Both the position numbers and the translations under genes were made by a program. Shown here in pieces: positions 17,653-26,135 of a stretch of 32,000 nt of DNA. Below the pieces are notes generated by a model. It did no database searches, was not told the DNA's origin, and worked only from the letters and a program-made list of their open reading frames with translations. Every line of letters begins with the position of its first letter. Position 1 is the stretch's first letter. The DNA comes from Candidatus Arthromitus sp. SFB-mouse-Japan (GTDB lineage: Bacteria > Bacillota > Clostridia > Clostridiales > Clostridiaceae): NCBI RefSeq assembly GCF_000270205.1, contig NC_015913.1:240001-272000 (forward strand), read 5' to 3'.

Positions 17653-17683
17653 ATATAAAGTTTAGTATAATTAAACTTTATAT
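17653..17683. promoter_or_regulatory. Perfect 12-bp inverted repeat around a TATAAT box in the speH/ttcA divergent region (operator-like)
   Basis: ATATAAAGTTTA (17653-17664), spacer GTATAAT, then TAAACTTTATAT (17672-17683). On the minus strand, TGaTATAAA (complement of 17677-17685) is an extended -10 within the right arm, 67 nt upstream of the speH start. Confidence 0.4.
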
Positions 17684-17935
17684 CATAAAAATTTAAGCCA
17701 CTATAATATCTAATTAAGCTCAATTAAATACAATAATGACTTATATAAATTATTTAGAAATGACAATATATTAAACTTTAACTTGCAATATATCTAACTT
17801 AAAATATATAATAAATTTATTTCATAGTCAATAAAAAAATAAACTATTTGTTACAAAGTTAGTGAATTTATTTTCATTATATATAATTTATTATTTTTAC
17901 ATTTAAAACATTATAGCATAGGGAGAAAGTTTAAT

Positions 17936-18811
17936 ATGAATGATGATAGAGGTAGTATAGTTTCTCACTGTGAGAGTCATATGCCGATTGGAGCGAAGAA
18001 AAGTGTTAAGGAAATTGAGCAGAGTATCATAAAGAGGTATAGAAAAAGAATATGGACTAAATTTACGAAAGCGATAAATGATTATAATTTGGTAGAAGAT
18101 GGAGATAGAATTGCGATTGCTATATCTGGAGGAAAAGATTCGCTTCTACTTGCAAAATTATTTCAAGAGCTTAAGAGACATGGTAGAAATAATTTTGAGT
18201 TAGAGTTTATAACAATGGACCCTGGATATCACAAACATATACGTATTTTATTGGAAGAAAATTGTAGACATTTAGAGATACCACTTAAGATATTTGATTC
18301 AGATGTGTTTACTGTTGTGGATAAGATAGCAAGAGATTATCCATGTTATATGTGTGCACGTATGAGAAGAGGGTTCTTATATGCAAAGGCTAAGGAACTT
18401 AATTGTAATAAACTTGCACTTGGACATCATTTTAATGATGTAATAGAAACAACACTTTTAAATGTGTTTTACTCGGGTAATTTTAAGACGATGTTACCAA
18501 AGTTAGAAGCGGATAATTTTAAAGATATAGAATTAATTAGACCAATGTACTATATAGAGGAGCAATCTATAATTACATTTATAAAAAATTCTGGTTTGAT
18601 GGCACTTAACTGTGCTTGTATGGTATCAGCTAAGCGTATAGGTAGTAAAAGATATGAAATAAAAGATTTGATATCTAATATGAAGAAAAGTTATAAGCAT
18701 GTAGATAAATCTATATTTGCAGCAGCTCAAAATGTAAATATGGACTCTATACTTGGGTGGATTAAAGATGGTAAAAATATTTCTTATTTAGATAGGTATG
18801 GTAAAAAATAA
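17936..18811 (+). CDS. ttcA: TtcA-family tRNA 2-thiolation PP-loop ATPase
   Basis: 291 aa. Motifs present: PP-loop IAISGGKDS, PCYMCARMRRGFLY (CxxC, Fe-S) and LALGHHFNDVIET. Confidence 0.75.
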   Translation: MNDDRGSIVSHCESHMPIGAKKSVKEIEQSIIKRYRKRIWTKFTKAINDYNLVEDGDRIAIAISGGKDSLLLAKLFQELKRHGRNNFELEFITMDPGYHKHIRILLEENCRHLEIPLKIFDSDVFTVVDKIARDYPCYMCARMRRGFLYAKAKELNCNKLALGHHFNDVIETTLLNVFYSGNFKTMLPKLEADNFKDIELIRPMYYIEEQSIITFIKNSGLMALNCACMVSAKRIGSKRYEIKDLISNMKKSYKHVDKSIFAAAQNVNMDSILGWIKDGKNISYLDRYGKK

Positions 18812-19142
18812 AGTAGAAACTAAAAATTTGTATTATTTTTAATAATAATTTCATTTAAATTTATTCTAATGTTATTATATAATAAGGTGTATGTTTATTA
18901 TTAAGTATTGCAATATATTAGAGATTGAAATAATTTGTAAATTCAAAAAATAAATTAAATAAATTTTTAAAAATTCATAAATCTATTTATAAAATTAGAA
19001 ATTAATTATATAATGATATATAGATTGATTTTATGGGGATTTAATATCTATAGTTTTATATTATTATAGGTTAGTTAAACATGTTTAATTAATGTTAAGG
19101 TAAGTTTTAATTATGACTTTTTATTTTTACAAGGAAGGAGAT

Positions 19143-19162
19143 AACTATTTTTATAAATAGTT
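19143..19162. promoter_or_regulatory. Short palindrome just upstream of tetR (weak operator candidate)
   Basis: AACTATTT (19143-19150), spacer TTAT, then AAATAGTT (19155-19162). It ends 11 nt before ATG 19174. With 8-bp arms it is expected by chance about once in this AT-rich spacer. Confidence 0.2.
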
Positions 19163-19173
19163 TTAAAATTTAG

Positions 19174-19695
19174 ATGCCAAAATCGGTTCTATGTGATAAA
19201 AAGGAAATTTGTGAAAGAGTTAAGAATTTATTTCTTGTAAATGGATACTCAGGAGTAGATATAAAAACTATTGCTCAAAAGTGTAAAATGGCAGTAGGAA
19301 CATTTTATAATTACTATGAAAATAAGGAAGAGATATTTTGTGAGGTTATAAGTAATAGTTGGAATTTATTTTTGGAGACTTTAAAAAGGAAAGAAGATTT
19401 AGCTAGTTTTATTAGGGAAATATATTATTATATTAAGAATAATAAAGGGTTTGGATTAACATTTAAGAGTATACCTATTGAGAAAGCTGCTAATGTTAAT
19501 AAGTTGTATGATGCAATTATAACTGATGTTGAAGGTATTATTGTTAAAATTATAAATGAAAAATACAGGGATATAGCAAGAAGGATAGTATTATCTTTGT
19601 TTATGTCTGTAATATTATTTATAGATTCTTATGAGTTTAGCGATGAGGATAATATTAAGTTTATTTGTAATTTATTTTTGTATTATGAAAAATAA
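19174..19695 (+). CDS. TetR/AcrR-family transcriptional regulator
   Basis: 173 aa. N-terminal HTH pattern ICERVKNLFLVNGYSGVDIKTIAQKCKMAVGTFYNYYENKEEIF. An in-frame stop immediately precedes the ATG. The SD is weak or absent. Confidence 0.75.
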   Translation: MPKSVLCDKKEICERVKNLFLVNGYSGVDIKTIAQKCKMAVGTFYNYYENKEEIFCEVISNSWNLFLETLKRKEDLASFIREIYYYIKNNKGFGLTFKSIPIEKAANVNKLYDAIITDVEGIIVKIINEKYRDIARRIVLSLFMSVILFIDSYEFSDEDNIKFICNLFLYYEK

Positions 19696-19725
19696 AAAGA
19701 ACAGGCATTATCTTGCCTGTTCTTT
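19696..19725. terminator. Bidirectional terminator between tetR and the convergent membrane-protein gene
   Basis: AAAGAACAGGCA (19696-19707) pairs perfectly with TGCCTGTTCTTT (19714-19725) across a 6-nt loop. Confidence 0.8.
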
Positions 19726-20349
19726 GTGTTTAAATAGATATATTATGCAAAAAGCAATACTTCCTATTGTATTTGCTATTATATCTGTCATTGTATCAAG
19801 TAAGCTATTATTTTGAGTGTTTAGTAGAAGTAGTTTATCTACTGAAAATTCATATATTTCCCATAACATTCCACATGATGCTGCGAATCCAAATATTATA
19901 AGGATTATAAAACCCATTTTTAAATTACTTATTTTTAGGTTTGATTTATTGCAAAAATACCTTATGATTGGTATTGAAAGTATAGAACATACAAATCCAA
20001 AGAATAAGTGTAGATAAAAATCAAATTCTGGTAATATTGAGTAGAAGTTTAAAGTAGTTCCCAAGAATATGGAAATAAAAATATGAAATTGGAGTATATT
20101 GATTTCAAATTTATTGAAATCAATTGGTAATATTTTAATAAATAGTATCGAGATAATCGATGCAATTAATAATGATCCTCCGCCATAAATTAGATCATAT
20201 TTGGTTGATATTAACGATAATACTAATGTTAGTATTGATAATACTAAATTTATTAATTCAAATGATGTCAATTTGAAAATTTTTTTGGTAATCACACTAT
20301 AAATCTCCTTTATATACTTGTGCATATTTTTAATACTAGAATTGTACAC
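19708..20349 (-). CDS. Polytopic membrane protein (YjdF/DUF2238-like, tentative)
   Basis: 213 aa with about 6 hydrophobic helices. The C-terminal WEIYEFSVDKLL...NNSLLDTMTDIIANTIGS resembles the DUF2238 acidic motif. Confidence 0.45.
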   Translation of the reverse strand: MYNSSIKNMHKYIKEIYSVITKKIFKLTSFELINLVLSILTLVLSLISTKYDLIYGGGSLLIASIISILFIKILPIDFNKFEINILQFHIFISIFLGTTLNFYSILPEFDFYLHLFFGFVCSILSIPIIRYFCNKSNLKISNLKMGFIILIIFGFAASCGMLWEIYEFSVDKLLLLNTQNNSLLDTMTDIIANTIGSIAFCIIYLFKHKEQAR

Positions 20350-20412
20350 TAAAGATTTTAAATATGCTATAGTTAAATAAATAAGAAAAATAGGGGTTAG
20401 AAAGGATTTTGT

Positions 20413-22068
20413 ATGATTAATGAGAACAGAGTATCAAATTTTATTAGGAATATCATAATTGATGATATTAAAAATGGGAAAAATGATTCAATAATAACTA
20501 GGTTTCCACCAGAACCAAATGGTTATTTACATATAGGTCATGCTAAGTCTTTAGAGATAAACTTTTCTTTAGCGTCTGAATTTAATGGAAATACCAATTT
20601 AAGGTTTGATGATACAAATCCTATTAAAGAGGATATGGAATATGTTGAATCAATAAAAAGGGATGTTGAATGGCTTGGTTATAAGTGGGATAAGATAATT
20701 TTTGCATCTGATTACTTTGAAATTATGTACGATAAGGCGATACTACTTATAAAAAAAGGATTAGCATATGTTTGTGATTTAAATGGAGAAGAGATCAAAA
20801 AATATAGAGGAACTCTCCAAGAACCTGGAGTTGAATCTCCATATAGGAATAGATCGGTTGAGGAAAATTTAGATTTATTTTATAGGATGAGGAATGGAGA
20901 ATTTAAAGATGGAGAGAAGGTATTAAGGGCAAAAATAGATATGTCTTCTAGCAATATTAATATGAGAGACCCTATAATATATAGAATTTCTCATGCGATT
21001 CACCATAATACGGGTGATAAGTGGTGTGTTTATCCTATGTATGATTTTGCCCATCCTATTGAGGATGCTATTGAAGGTATTACTTATTCGATATGTACCC
21101 TTGAATTTGAGGATCATAGACCACTTTATGATTGGTTTGTTCGTGAGTGTGAGATGGAAAATATACCAAGACAAATAGAGTTTGCAAGACTTAATCTTAC
21201 AAATACTGTTATGAGTAAAAGGAAACTAAAAGCTTTAGTTGATAATAATGTTGTGGATGGTTGGGATGATCCGCGTATGCCTACGATATCGGGATTTAGA
21301 AGAAGAGGGTTTACTCCTGAATCAATAAGAAATTTTTGTCGTGCCATAGGTGTATCAAAGGCTAATAGTTTGGTTGATTATCAAATGCTTGAGTATTTTT
21401 TAAGGGAAGACTTAAATCCTAAGTGTGCAAGAATAATGGCAGTTATCGATCCAATTAAAGTTGTTATTACAAATTATGAAGAGGGAAAAGTTGAGGAATT
21501 GGTTATAGAAAATAATAAAGATGATGAGTCTATGGGTACTAGAAGAATAACATTTTCAAAGTATATATATATAGATAGAGATGATTTTATGGAAAATCCT
21601 CCTTCTAAATATTTTAGATTGTTTAAAGGAAATGAAGTTAGGCTTAAGGGTGCTTATTTTATAAAGTGTAATGATGTTATAAAAGATGAAAATGGTAAGA
21701 TTTTAGAACTTCATTGTACTTATGATCCTGAGACTAAAAGCGGAAGTGGATTTACGGGAAGAAAGGTTAAGGGTACGATTCATTTTGTTGATTCAACAAC
21801 AGCTATGAGAGCTCAATTTAGATTATTTAAACCTCTTATTTTAGATCAAGAAATTGTTAGTGATAATTTTTTAGATAACATAAATGAGGATTCTTTAGAG
21901 ATATTTGAGGGATTTATTGAAAATAATGCGAAAGGTAGTATCCCTTATGATAAATATCAAATATTTAGGCATGGATATTTTTCTGTAGATCCTAAATATA
22001 CAACGGATGATAAGCTTGTATTTAACAGAATTACTGCTCTTAAAAGTTCATTTAAACTAAATAAATAA
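20413..22068 (+). CDS. glnS: Glutamine--tRNA ligase
   Basis: 551 aa. Motifs present: [18 protein letters not shown] (HIGH), VMSKRKL (KMSKS) and a GlnRS-type C-terminal anticodon-binding region. Confidence 0.92.
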   Translation: MINENRVSNFIRNIIIDDIKNGKNDSIITRFPPEPNGYLHIGHAKSLEINFSLASEFNGNTNLRFDDTNPIKEDMEYVESIKRDVEWLGYKWDKIIFASDYFEIMYDKAILLIKKGLAYVCDLNGEEIKKYRGTLQEPGVESPYRNRSVEENLDLFYRMRNGEFKDGEKVLRAKIDMSSSNINMRDPIIYRISHAIHHNTGDKWCVYPMYDFAHPIEDAIEGITYSICTLEFEDHRPLYDWFVRECEMENIPRQIEFARLNLTNTVMSKRKLKALVDNNVVDGWDDPRMPTISGFRRRGFTPESIRNFCRAIGVSKANSLVDYQMLEYFLREDLNPKCARIMAVIDPIKVVITNYEEGKVEELVIENNKDDESMGTRRITFSKYIYIDRDDFMENPPSKYFRLFKGNEVRLKGAYFIKCNDVIKDENGKILELHCTYDPETKSGSGFTGRKVKGTIHFVDSTTAMRAQFRLFKPLILDQEIVSDNFLDNINEDSLEIFEGFIENNAKGSIPYDKYQIFRHGYFSVDPKYTTDDKLVFNRITALKSSFKLNK

Positions 22069-22158
22069 ATTTATTTTAAAGTAGCTTAATTGAAGAATAG
22101 TTTTTCAAAAAGTGTTAACTATATAAAGATGATTAGTTTCTTTTGTAGGTGATTTGTT

Positions 22159-24393
22159 TTGAAAAAATATTTTAAGCTACTTTTATTTTTTTTATGTTTA
22201 TTGTTTCAGATTTTATTCGTACATAAGATTGTAATGGCTAAAGAAATTAAATATGAGATGAGAGGTGCATATCTTTGTTTAGATGCTATTAATTTAAATG
22301 GAGAATTTAATTTAATTGATTTTAGAAATTACATAACACAGTCGTACGACGATTTTAAGGATAGTGGATTTAATACCATATTTGTTGATATATCGTGGTT
22401 TATTGATTTAAATATCACAGGTAAATTTAATGATTTACATAAAAATGCATTGGAAGTTATTGTGAAAGAGGGAGTTAAACGTTCATTAGACATTCATGGG
22501 ACTTTTTCAGATTTTCATTTAAAAGGTGTTGAGATAGGTAATTTGGAAGAGTATTTAATTTCTTTAAGTGATAAATCGTTTATAAAAGATAAACTGGATT
22601 GTATTATAAAATTTAATGATATGTACTACTTAGATCCAGGTGTTCATGAGGTTAGGGATTATTTAATAAATGTTATTGTAGACATTGGAACAAAATATAA
22701 GTTTGATGGGATTTATTTAGATGGTATTATTTATCCTAAAAATATAGATAAGTATACTTTTAATGATTCCTACAGCTTTAATACATATAATGAAGATAAA
22801 CTTTCAAAGGAAAATTTTAGAAGGCAGAATGTAAATGATTTTGTAAAAGTTTTGGGAGATAAGTTTAAAAGTTATAAGAGTGAATTGAAATTTGGAATCG
22901 GGGTTAATTACATTTGGAGAACATTTAACGATGATTTTAATGGAATAAATTATGAAGGGTATTCTGATTATGATAAGGGTGCTTTTGATTCTTTGAATAT
23001 ATGTAAAATGGGATATGTAAATTATATAGTTATAAAGATTGATAATAGTATAAGTGAGATTTCTGATATAGAGAGTATAATGTGTTGGTGGGAGAAAAAA
23101 TTTAGAACTCATTTAGTTGATGTATTTGTTCAAGGTGAAGATAATATTTTAGATGTTATAACTACCACTAGAAATAATAGTTTTATAAATGGATTTTTGT
23201 GCAAAAATTTTGATGAAATTGATAGACTCAGGGGACTTATGACTACAAAAGCAGTTGTTCCTAGATTTAAATCTTTTGATAGTTATTATACTTTATGTGA
23301 TTTTAACATAACCTCTAAATTGAATGGAAATAAGATAGAGTTTAATATTTTAGACGAAGGATATGAGAATACTAAAAATATTTTAGTTTATAAATTTCCT
23401 TATGATGATTTGGATACGGAAAATGGAAATTATATAAAAGATATATTGCCGAGTGATGGATTGAGTACTAATATAACTTTAAATAAGGAAGATGGAGTTT
23501 ATGCGATAACTAAACTGAATTATAATTCTATTGAAAATAGAATTGTTTGTGCTTTTATTGTGAATGATGAATTTGGACTTATTGAAGAGAGATTTGTAGA
23601 TGATGGACCTAAAATTATAAATAGTAATATAGAATTTATGATAAAGTCTTACAATAAAAATAATGAATTTAAATTTGTATTAGAAAAAGATGGAAACGAT
23701 GTATTAGAAAGAGATTTTGATAAAGATGGCTTGTATACATTTACTACAGATGATAGTGGGATATATAAATTAAATGTGATAGTTAGTAATTCTAAAAATA
23801 GGGAAAATATTTTAAAATTTTATTTTAGCTTTGAGGTTAAAGATAAGTATATAGTGGTGCTTGATGCTGGTCATGGTGGAGATGAACCTGGAGCTAAAAC
23901 TCAAGAAGATATATTAGAGAAGGATATAAATTTATCTATTTGTAATTATACAAGTAATTTATTAATGGATAGTAATAAGGTTAGTATAAAAAATACGCGT
24001 ATAAATGATATTAAAATAGATTTGAGTGATAGAGTTAAGTTATGTTCTTTTTTAGGTGGGGATATATTTATCTCTATTCATCAAAATGCTTTTGACAATG
24101 AAAATGCAAATGGTATTGAGACTTATTATTATTTTAAGGAAAATGATAGCAAAGATTTATGTAATTTGATTCAGAAAAATTTAATTGATAATACAGATGC
24201 CTTTGATCGTGGAGTTAAAACTTCGAATTTTGTCGTATTAAGAGAGAATATTATACCTTCGGTATTAGTAGAGTGCGGGTTTATTACAAATAAAAATGAA
24301 TCAAATAATTTAATAGATGATAATTATCAGAGGAATATATCAGAAGCTATATACAGGAGTATACTATCCTATTTAGGGATTGAAGAAATATAA
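22159..24393 (+). CDS. Secreted fusion protein: divergent GHL10-like domain, beta-sandwich linker region, and N-acetylmuramoyl-L-alanine amidase (Amidase_3)
   Basis: 744 aa with a TTG start after GTAGGTGA. Signal peptide ends at IVMA/KE. The N-terminal half is paralogous to 10356-12170 (MYYLDPGVHEVRDYLINVIVDIGTKYKFDGIYLDGIIYP versus [38 protein letters not shown]). The C-terminus (from ~23848) has VVLDAGHGGDEPGA, ISIHQNAF, NGIETYY and VLVECGFITN. Confidence 0.8.
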   Translation: MKKYFKLLLFFLCLLFQILFVHKIVMAKEIKYEMRGAYLCLDAINLNGEFNLIDFRNYITQSYDDFKDSGFNTIFVDISWFIDLNITGKFNDLHKNALEVIVKEGVKRSLDIHGTFSDFHLKGVEIGNLEEYLISLSDKSFIKDKLDCIIKFNDMYYLDPGVHEVRDYLINVIVDIGTKYKFDGIYLDGIIYPKNIDKYTFNDSYSFNTYNEDKLSKENFRRQNVNDFVKVLGDKFKSYKSELKFGIGVNYIWRTFNDDFNGINYEGYSDYDKGAFDSLNICKMGYVNYIVIKIDNSISEISDIESIMCWWEKKFRTHLVDVFVQGEDNILDVITTTRNNSFINGFLCKNFDEIDRLRGLMTTKAVVPRFKSFDSYYTLCDFNITSKLNGNKIEFNILDEGYENTKNILVYKFPYDDLDTENGNYIKDILPSDGLSTNITLNKEDGVYAITKLNYNSIENRIVCAFIVNDEFGLIEERFVDDGPKIINSNIEFMIKSYNKNNEFKFVLEKDGNDVLERDFDKDGLYTFTTDDSGIYKLNVIVSNSKNRENILKFYFSFEVKDKYIVVLDAGHGGDEPGAKTQEDILEKDINLSICNYTSNLLMDSNKVSIKNTRINDIKIDLSDRVKLCSFLGGDIFISIHQNAFDNENANGIETYYYFKENDSKDLCNLIQKNLIDNTDAFDRGVKTSNFVVLRENIIPSVLVECGFITNKNESNNLIDDNYQRNISEAIYRSILSYLGIEEI

Positions 24394-24394
24394 T

Positions 24395-24430
24395 AAGTGG
24401 TTACTTTAAAAGAGTATCCACTTTATTTTA
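24395..24430 (+). terminator. Rho-independent terminator
   Basis: AAGTGGTTACT (24395-24405) pairs with AGTATCCACTT (24413-24423) with one T-T mismatch, followed by TATTTTATT. Confidence 0.65.
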
Positions 24431-24551
24431 TTATCGAAAAATATATATAATTTTGTCAAAAAATGAAATATACTTTTACTAAAAAATATATTATAATGAG
24501 TTTTAAGATTGACTGAAATTATAGTTTTAGAGTTTAGGAGAGCAATTAGAT

Positions 24552-25628
24552 ATGGTAGTGGTTTCTTTAGATATGTTTTTGAATAGTACCCAGGATAATT
24601 TTGTTAAATATAGAAATGATAAATTTTGCTTAGTTAAGGGTAAGCGAAATTCTGGTAAGACTATAGCTACAATTTTTAAAGCGCTGTATTTGAAGAGAAA
24701 CTATTGTTTTGATTTGAATGATAAAATATTATTTTTATCATGTGAAAATGAAATTGAACAAGTTATAGATATATTTAATTACATAAATAGGAGCAACTTA
24801 TATAAATCTATACTTCCTTCTGATGATATCGAAGTACATATTTTAACTATTGATCAATTGAGTAATTTAAATATTGGACGAGTGTATACCCATATAATAA
24901 TTGATAATATCGAAAACTTTATTAAAAGTGACGTGTACAAAGTGTTTTCTATGTTTAAAAATTTATCTTATTCTAAGGTTTATTTTATACAAGATTCAAA
25001 TGATAATATTGAGAGTGTGAATGATTTAGTTGAGTATTCTCGCAAAATTATTAATTTAAAAGAGGTCTTATATAAATTTAGATATGTAATTGAAGATGAT
25101 GATCAAGATGAATTTACTCAAATAGATATGGATCCTGAGATTAAATATTTAAATTATGAATATAAGGATTATGTAGATTTTAATACTAAAGAAGTATTTA
25201 GATATTATACAAGTTGTAAATCTATATACAAAGATATGGGAACTTTTTTATATGATTTGACTTCTGAAAGTATAGATATATTTTTAATTGATAGATATTT
25301 AAATATAAAAGACACAATTAAAATATTGAAAGACTGGATATCATATGAAGAAGGTTTGTATTTTGTTGAAATAGATGATGAAGGCATGAGTAAGTATGAT
25401 TTATTTATAGGAGATATGGTTTTAATTGATTCTAGTTGTGAGATAAATAATGGTGATGTCGTTGTAATAGTAAAAGAAAATCATTTGTATGCTAGGAAGT
25501 ATGTGAAGGAAGATGGAGATGTAAAATTTATATCTGATTATAGTATTTTTAGTGATATATATTCAAATGACGATGTGAAGGTAGTTGGAAAGGTATTAGC
25601 TTATATAAGAAAGTATAATAATTTTTAA
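24552..25628 (+). CDS. Fusion protein: SF1-helicase-like P-loop N-domain and C-terminal S24 (LexA/CI/UmuD-type) peptidase domain; no HTH seen
   Basis: 358 aa. N-terminus: LNSTQDNFVKYRNDKFCLVKGKRNSGKTIATIFKALYL (UvrD/RecD-like Q-motif and Walker A, 24639-24662), ILFLSCENE, and a degenerate Walker B HIIIDNIENF. C-terminus: LYFVEIDDEGMSKYDLFIGDMVLID (Ser280, AGT 25389-25391), NGDVVVIVKENHLYARKYVKEDG (Lys316, AAG 25497-25499) and VVGKVLAYIRKY. Compare LexA FLLRVSGMSM...GDLLAV...VVVAR...TVKRL and lambda CI VVGKVIAS. Confidence 0.65.
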   Translation: MVVVSLDMFLNSTQDNFVKYRNDKFCLVKGKRNSGKTIATIFKALYLKRNYCFDLNDKILFLSCENEIEQVIDIFNYINRSNLYKSILPSDDIEVHILTIDQLSNLNIGRVYTHIIIDNIENFIKSDVYKVFSMFKNLSYSKVYFIQDSNDNIESVNDLVEYSRKIINLKEVLYKFRYVIEDDDQDEFTQIDMDPEIKYLNYEYKDYVDFNTKEVFRYYTSCKSIYKDMGTFLYDLTSESIDIFLIDRYLNIKDTIKILKDWISYEEGLYFVEIDDEGMSKYDLFIGDMVLIDSSCEINNGDVVVIVKENHLYARKYVKEDGDVKFISDYSIFSDIYSNDDVKVVGKVLAYIRKYNNF

Positions 25629-25654
25629 CTAAGGATAGATATACAGTTATTTTA

Positions 25655-25663
25655 TGTTATAAT
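25655..25663 (+). promoter_or_regulatory. Extended -10 element (TGtTATAAT) upstream of the 53-codon ORF
   Basis: TGTTATAAT at 25655-25663, 41 nt before GTG 25704. No good -35 element. Confidence 0.3.
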
Positions 25664-25703
25664 ATGGTATAAAATTTTTTAGATTAATATTTGAGGTGAT
25701 ATT

Positions 25704-25865
25704 GTGAAGTATTTTAAATTGGGATTACTTGCTGTTACTTTGTCATTAACGGCTCTTATTATTGCACTTGATAAAAAAGAAAGTAAAAAATCTATAAATG
25801 AGCAATGTAATGAAGAAGATGTGGATACATGTGAATCGCCTAATGCAATAGTTATAGAAGAGTAG
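25704..25865 (+). CDS. Small (53-aa) single-pass membrane protein, below the ORF-track cutoff
   Basis: GTG start, 4 nt after GAGGTGA. Manual translation: MKYFKLGLLAVTLSLTALIIALDKKESKKSINEQCNEEDVDTCESPNAIVIEE, stop TAG 25863-25865. A terminator hairpin follows. Confidence 0.55.
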   Translation: MKYFKLGLLAVTLSLTALIIALDKKESKKSINEQCNEEDVDTCESPNAIVIEE

Positions 25866-25878
25866 ATATTATGAGTAG

Positions 25879-25918
25879 AAACTTCCTTAATTTATTTATA
25901 GGAAGTTTTAAGTTTTTT
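25879..25918 (+). terminator. Rho-independent terminator
   Basis: AAACTTCCT (25879-25887) pairs with AGGAAGTTT (25900-25908) across a 12-nt loop, followed by TAAGTTTTTT. Confidence 0.6.
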
Positions 25919-25939
25919 AGATAAAATAGGGGGATTGAA

Positions 25940-26125
25940 ATGGATTTTTTAAAGATGGATAAAAATATGTTTTTTAGCATTGTTAATATGAAACTTAGAG
26001 ATGAGTTTGACAGTATGGAGGAATTTTGTAATTATTATGATATTAGTGTTGAAGATGTTATGGAAAAATTAAATTCCTTAAATATGAAATATCATAAGGA
26101 TATAAATCAAATTAAAATGTTATAG
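25940..26125 (+). CDS. DUF4250-family small protein
   Basis: 61 aa with SD AGGGGGA. MFFSIVNMKLRDEFDSMEEFCNYYDISVEDVMEKLNSLNMKY matches the DUF4250 pattern (..VNtKLRD.y.sLdElC....i....i...L....y.Y). Confidence 0.7.
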   Translation: MDFLKMDKNMFFSIVNMKLRDEFDSMEEFCNYYDISVEDVMEKLNSLNMKYHKDINQIKML

Positions 26126-26135
26126 GGGATGGATT

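Noticed and set aside
19631-20017. + strand ORFs 19631-19816 and 19817-20017
   Set aside because: The first is an alternative frame running over the tetR 3' end and the bidirectional terminator. The second is antisense to the polytopic membrane-protein gene. Neither has an SD or motifs.
20350-20412. T-box leader upstream of glnS
   Set aside because: The spacer is only 63 nt and is shared with a divergent gene. That is far too short for a T-box (~200-300 nt), and no specifier or terminator structure is present.
20923-21347. Three short ORFs (both strands) inside glnS
   Set aside because: glnS is unambiguous (HIGH and KMSKS motifs). These are alternative-frame and antisense artefacts.
22804-23112. 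102-aa antisense ORF inside the GHL10-amidase gene
   Set aside because: It is a shadow ORF with Ile/Tyr/Asn-rich low complexity.
25205-25387. 60-aa antisense ORF inside the P-loop/S24 gene
   Set aside because: It is a shadow ORF. The sense frame carries the aligned S24 motifs.
25866-25939. CsoR or CopY operator upstream of the cop cluster
   Set aside because: There is no TACAnnTGTA box and no C-rich/G-rich pseudo-palindrome. The only G-run (AGGGGGA) is the SD of the DUF4250 gene.
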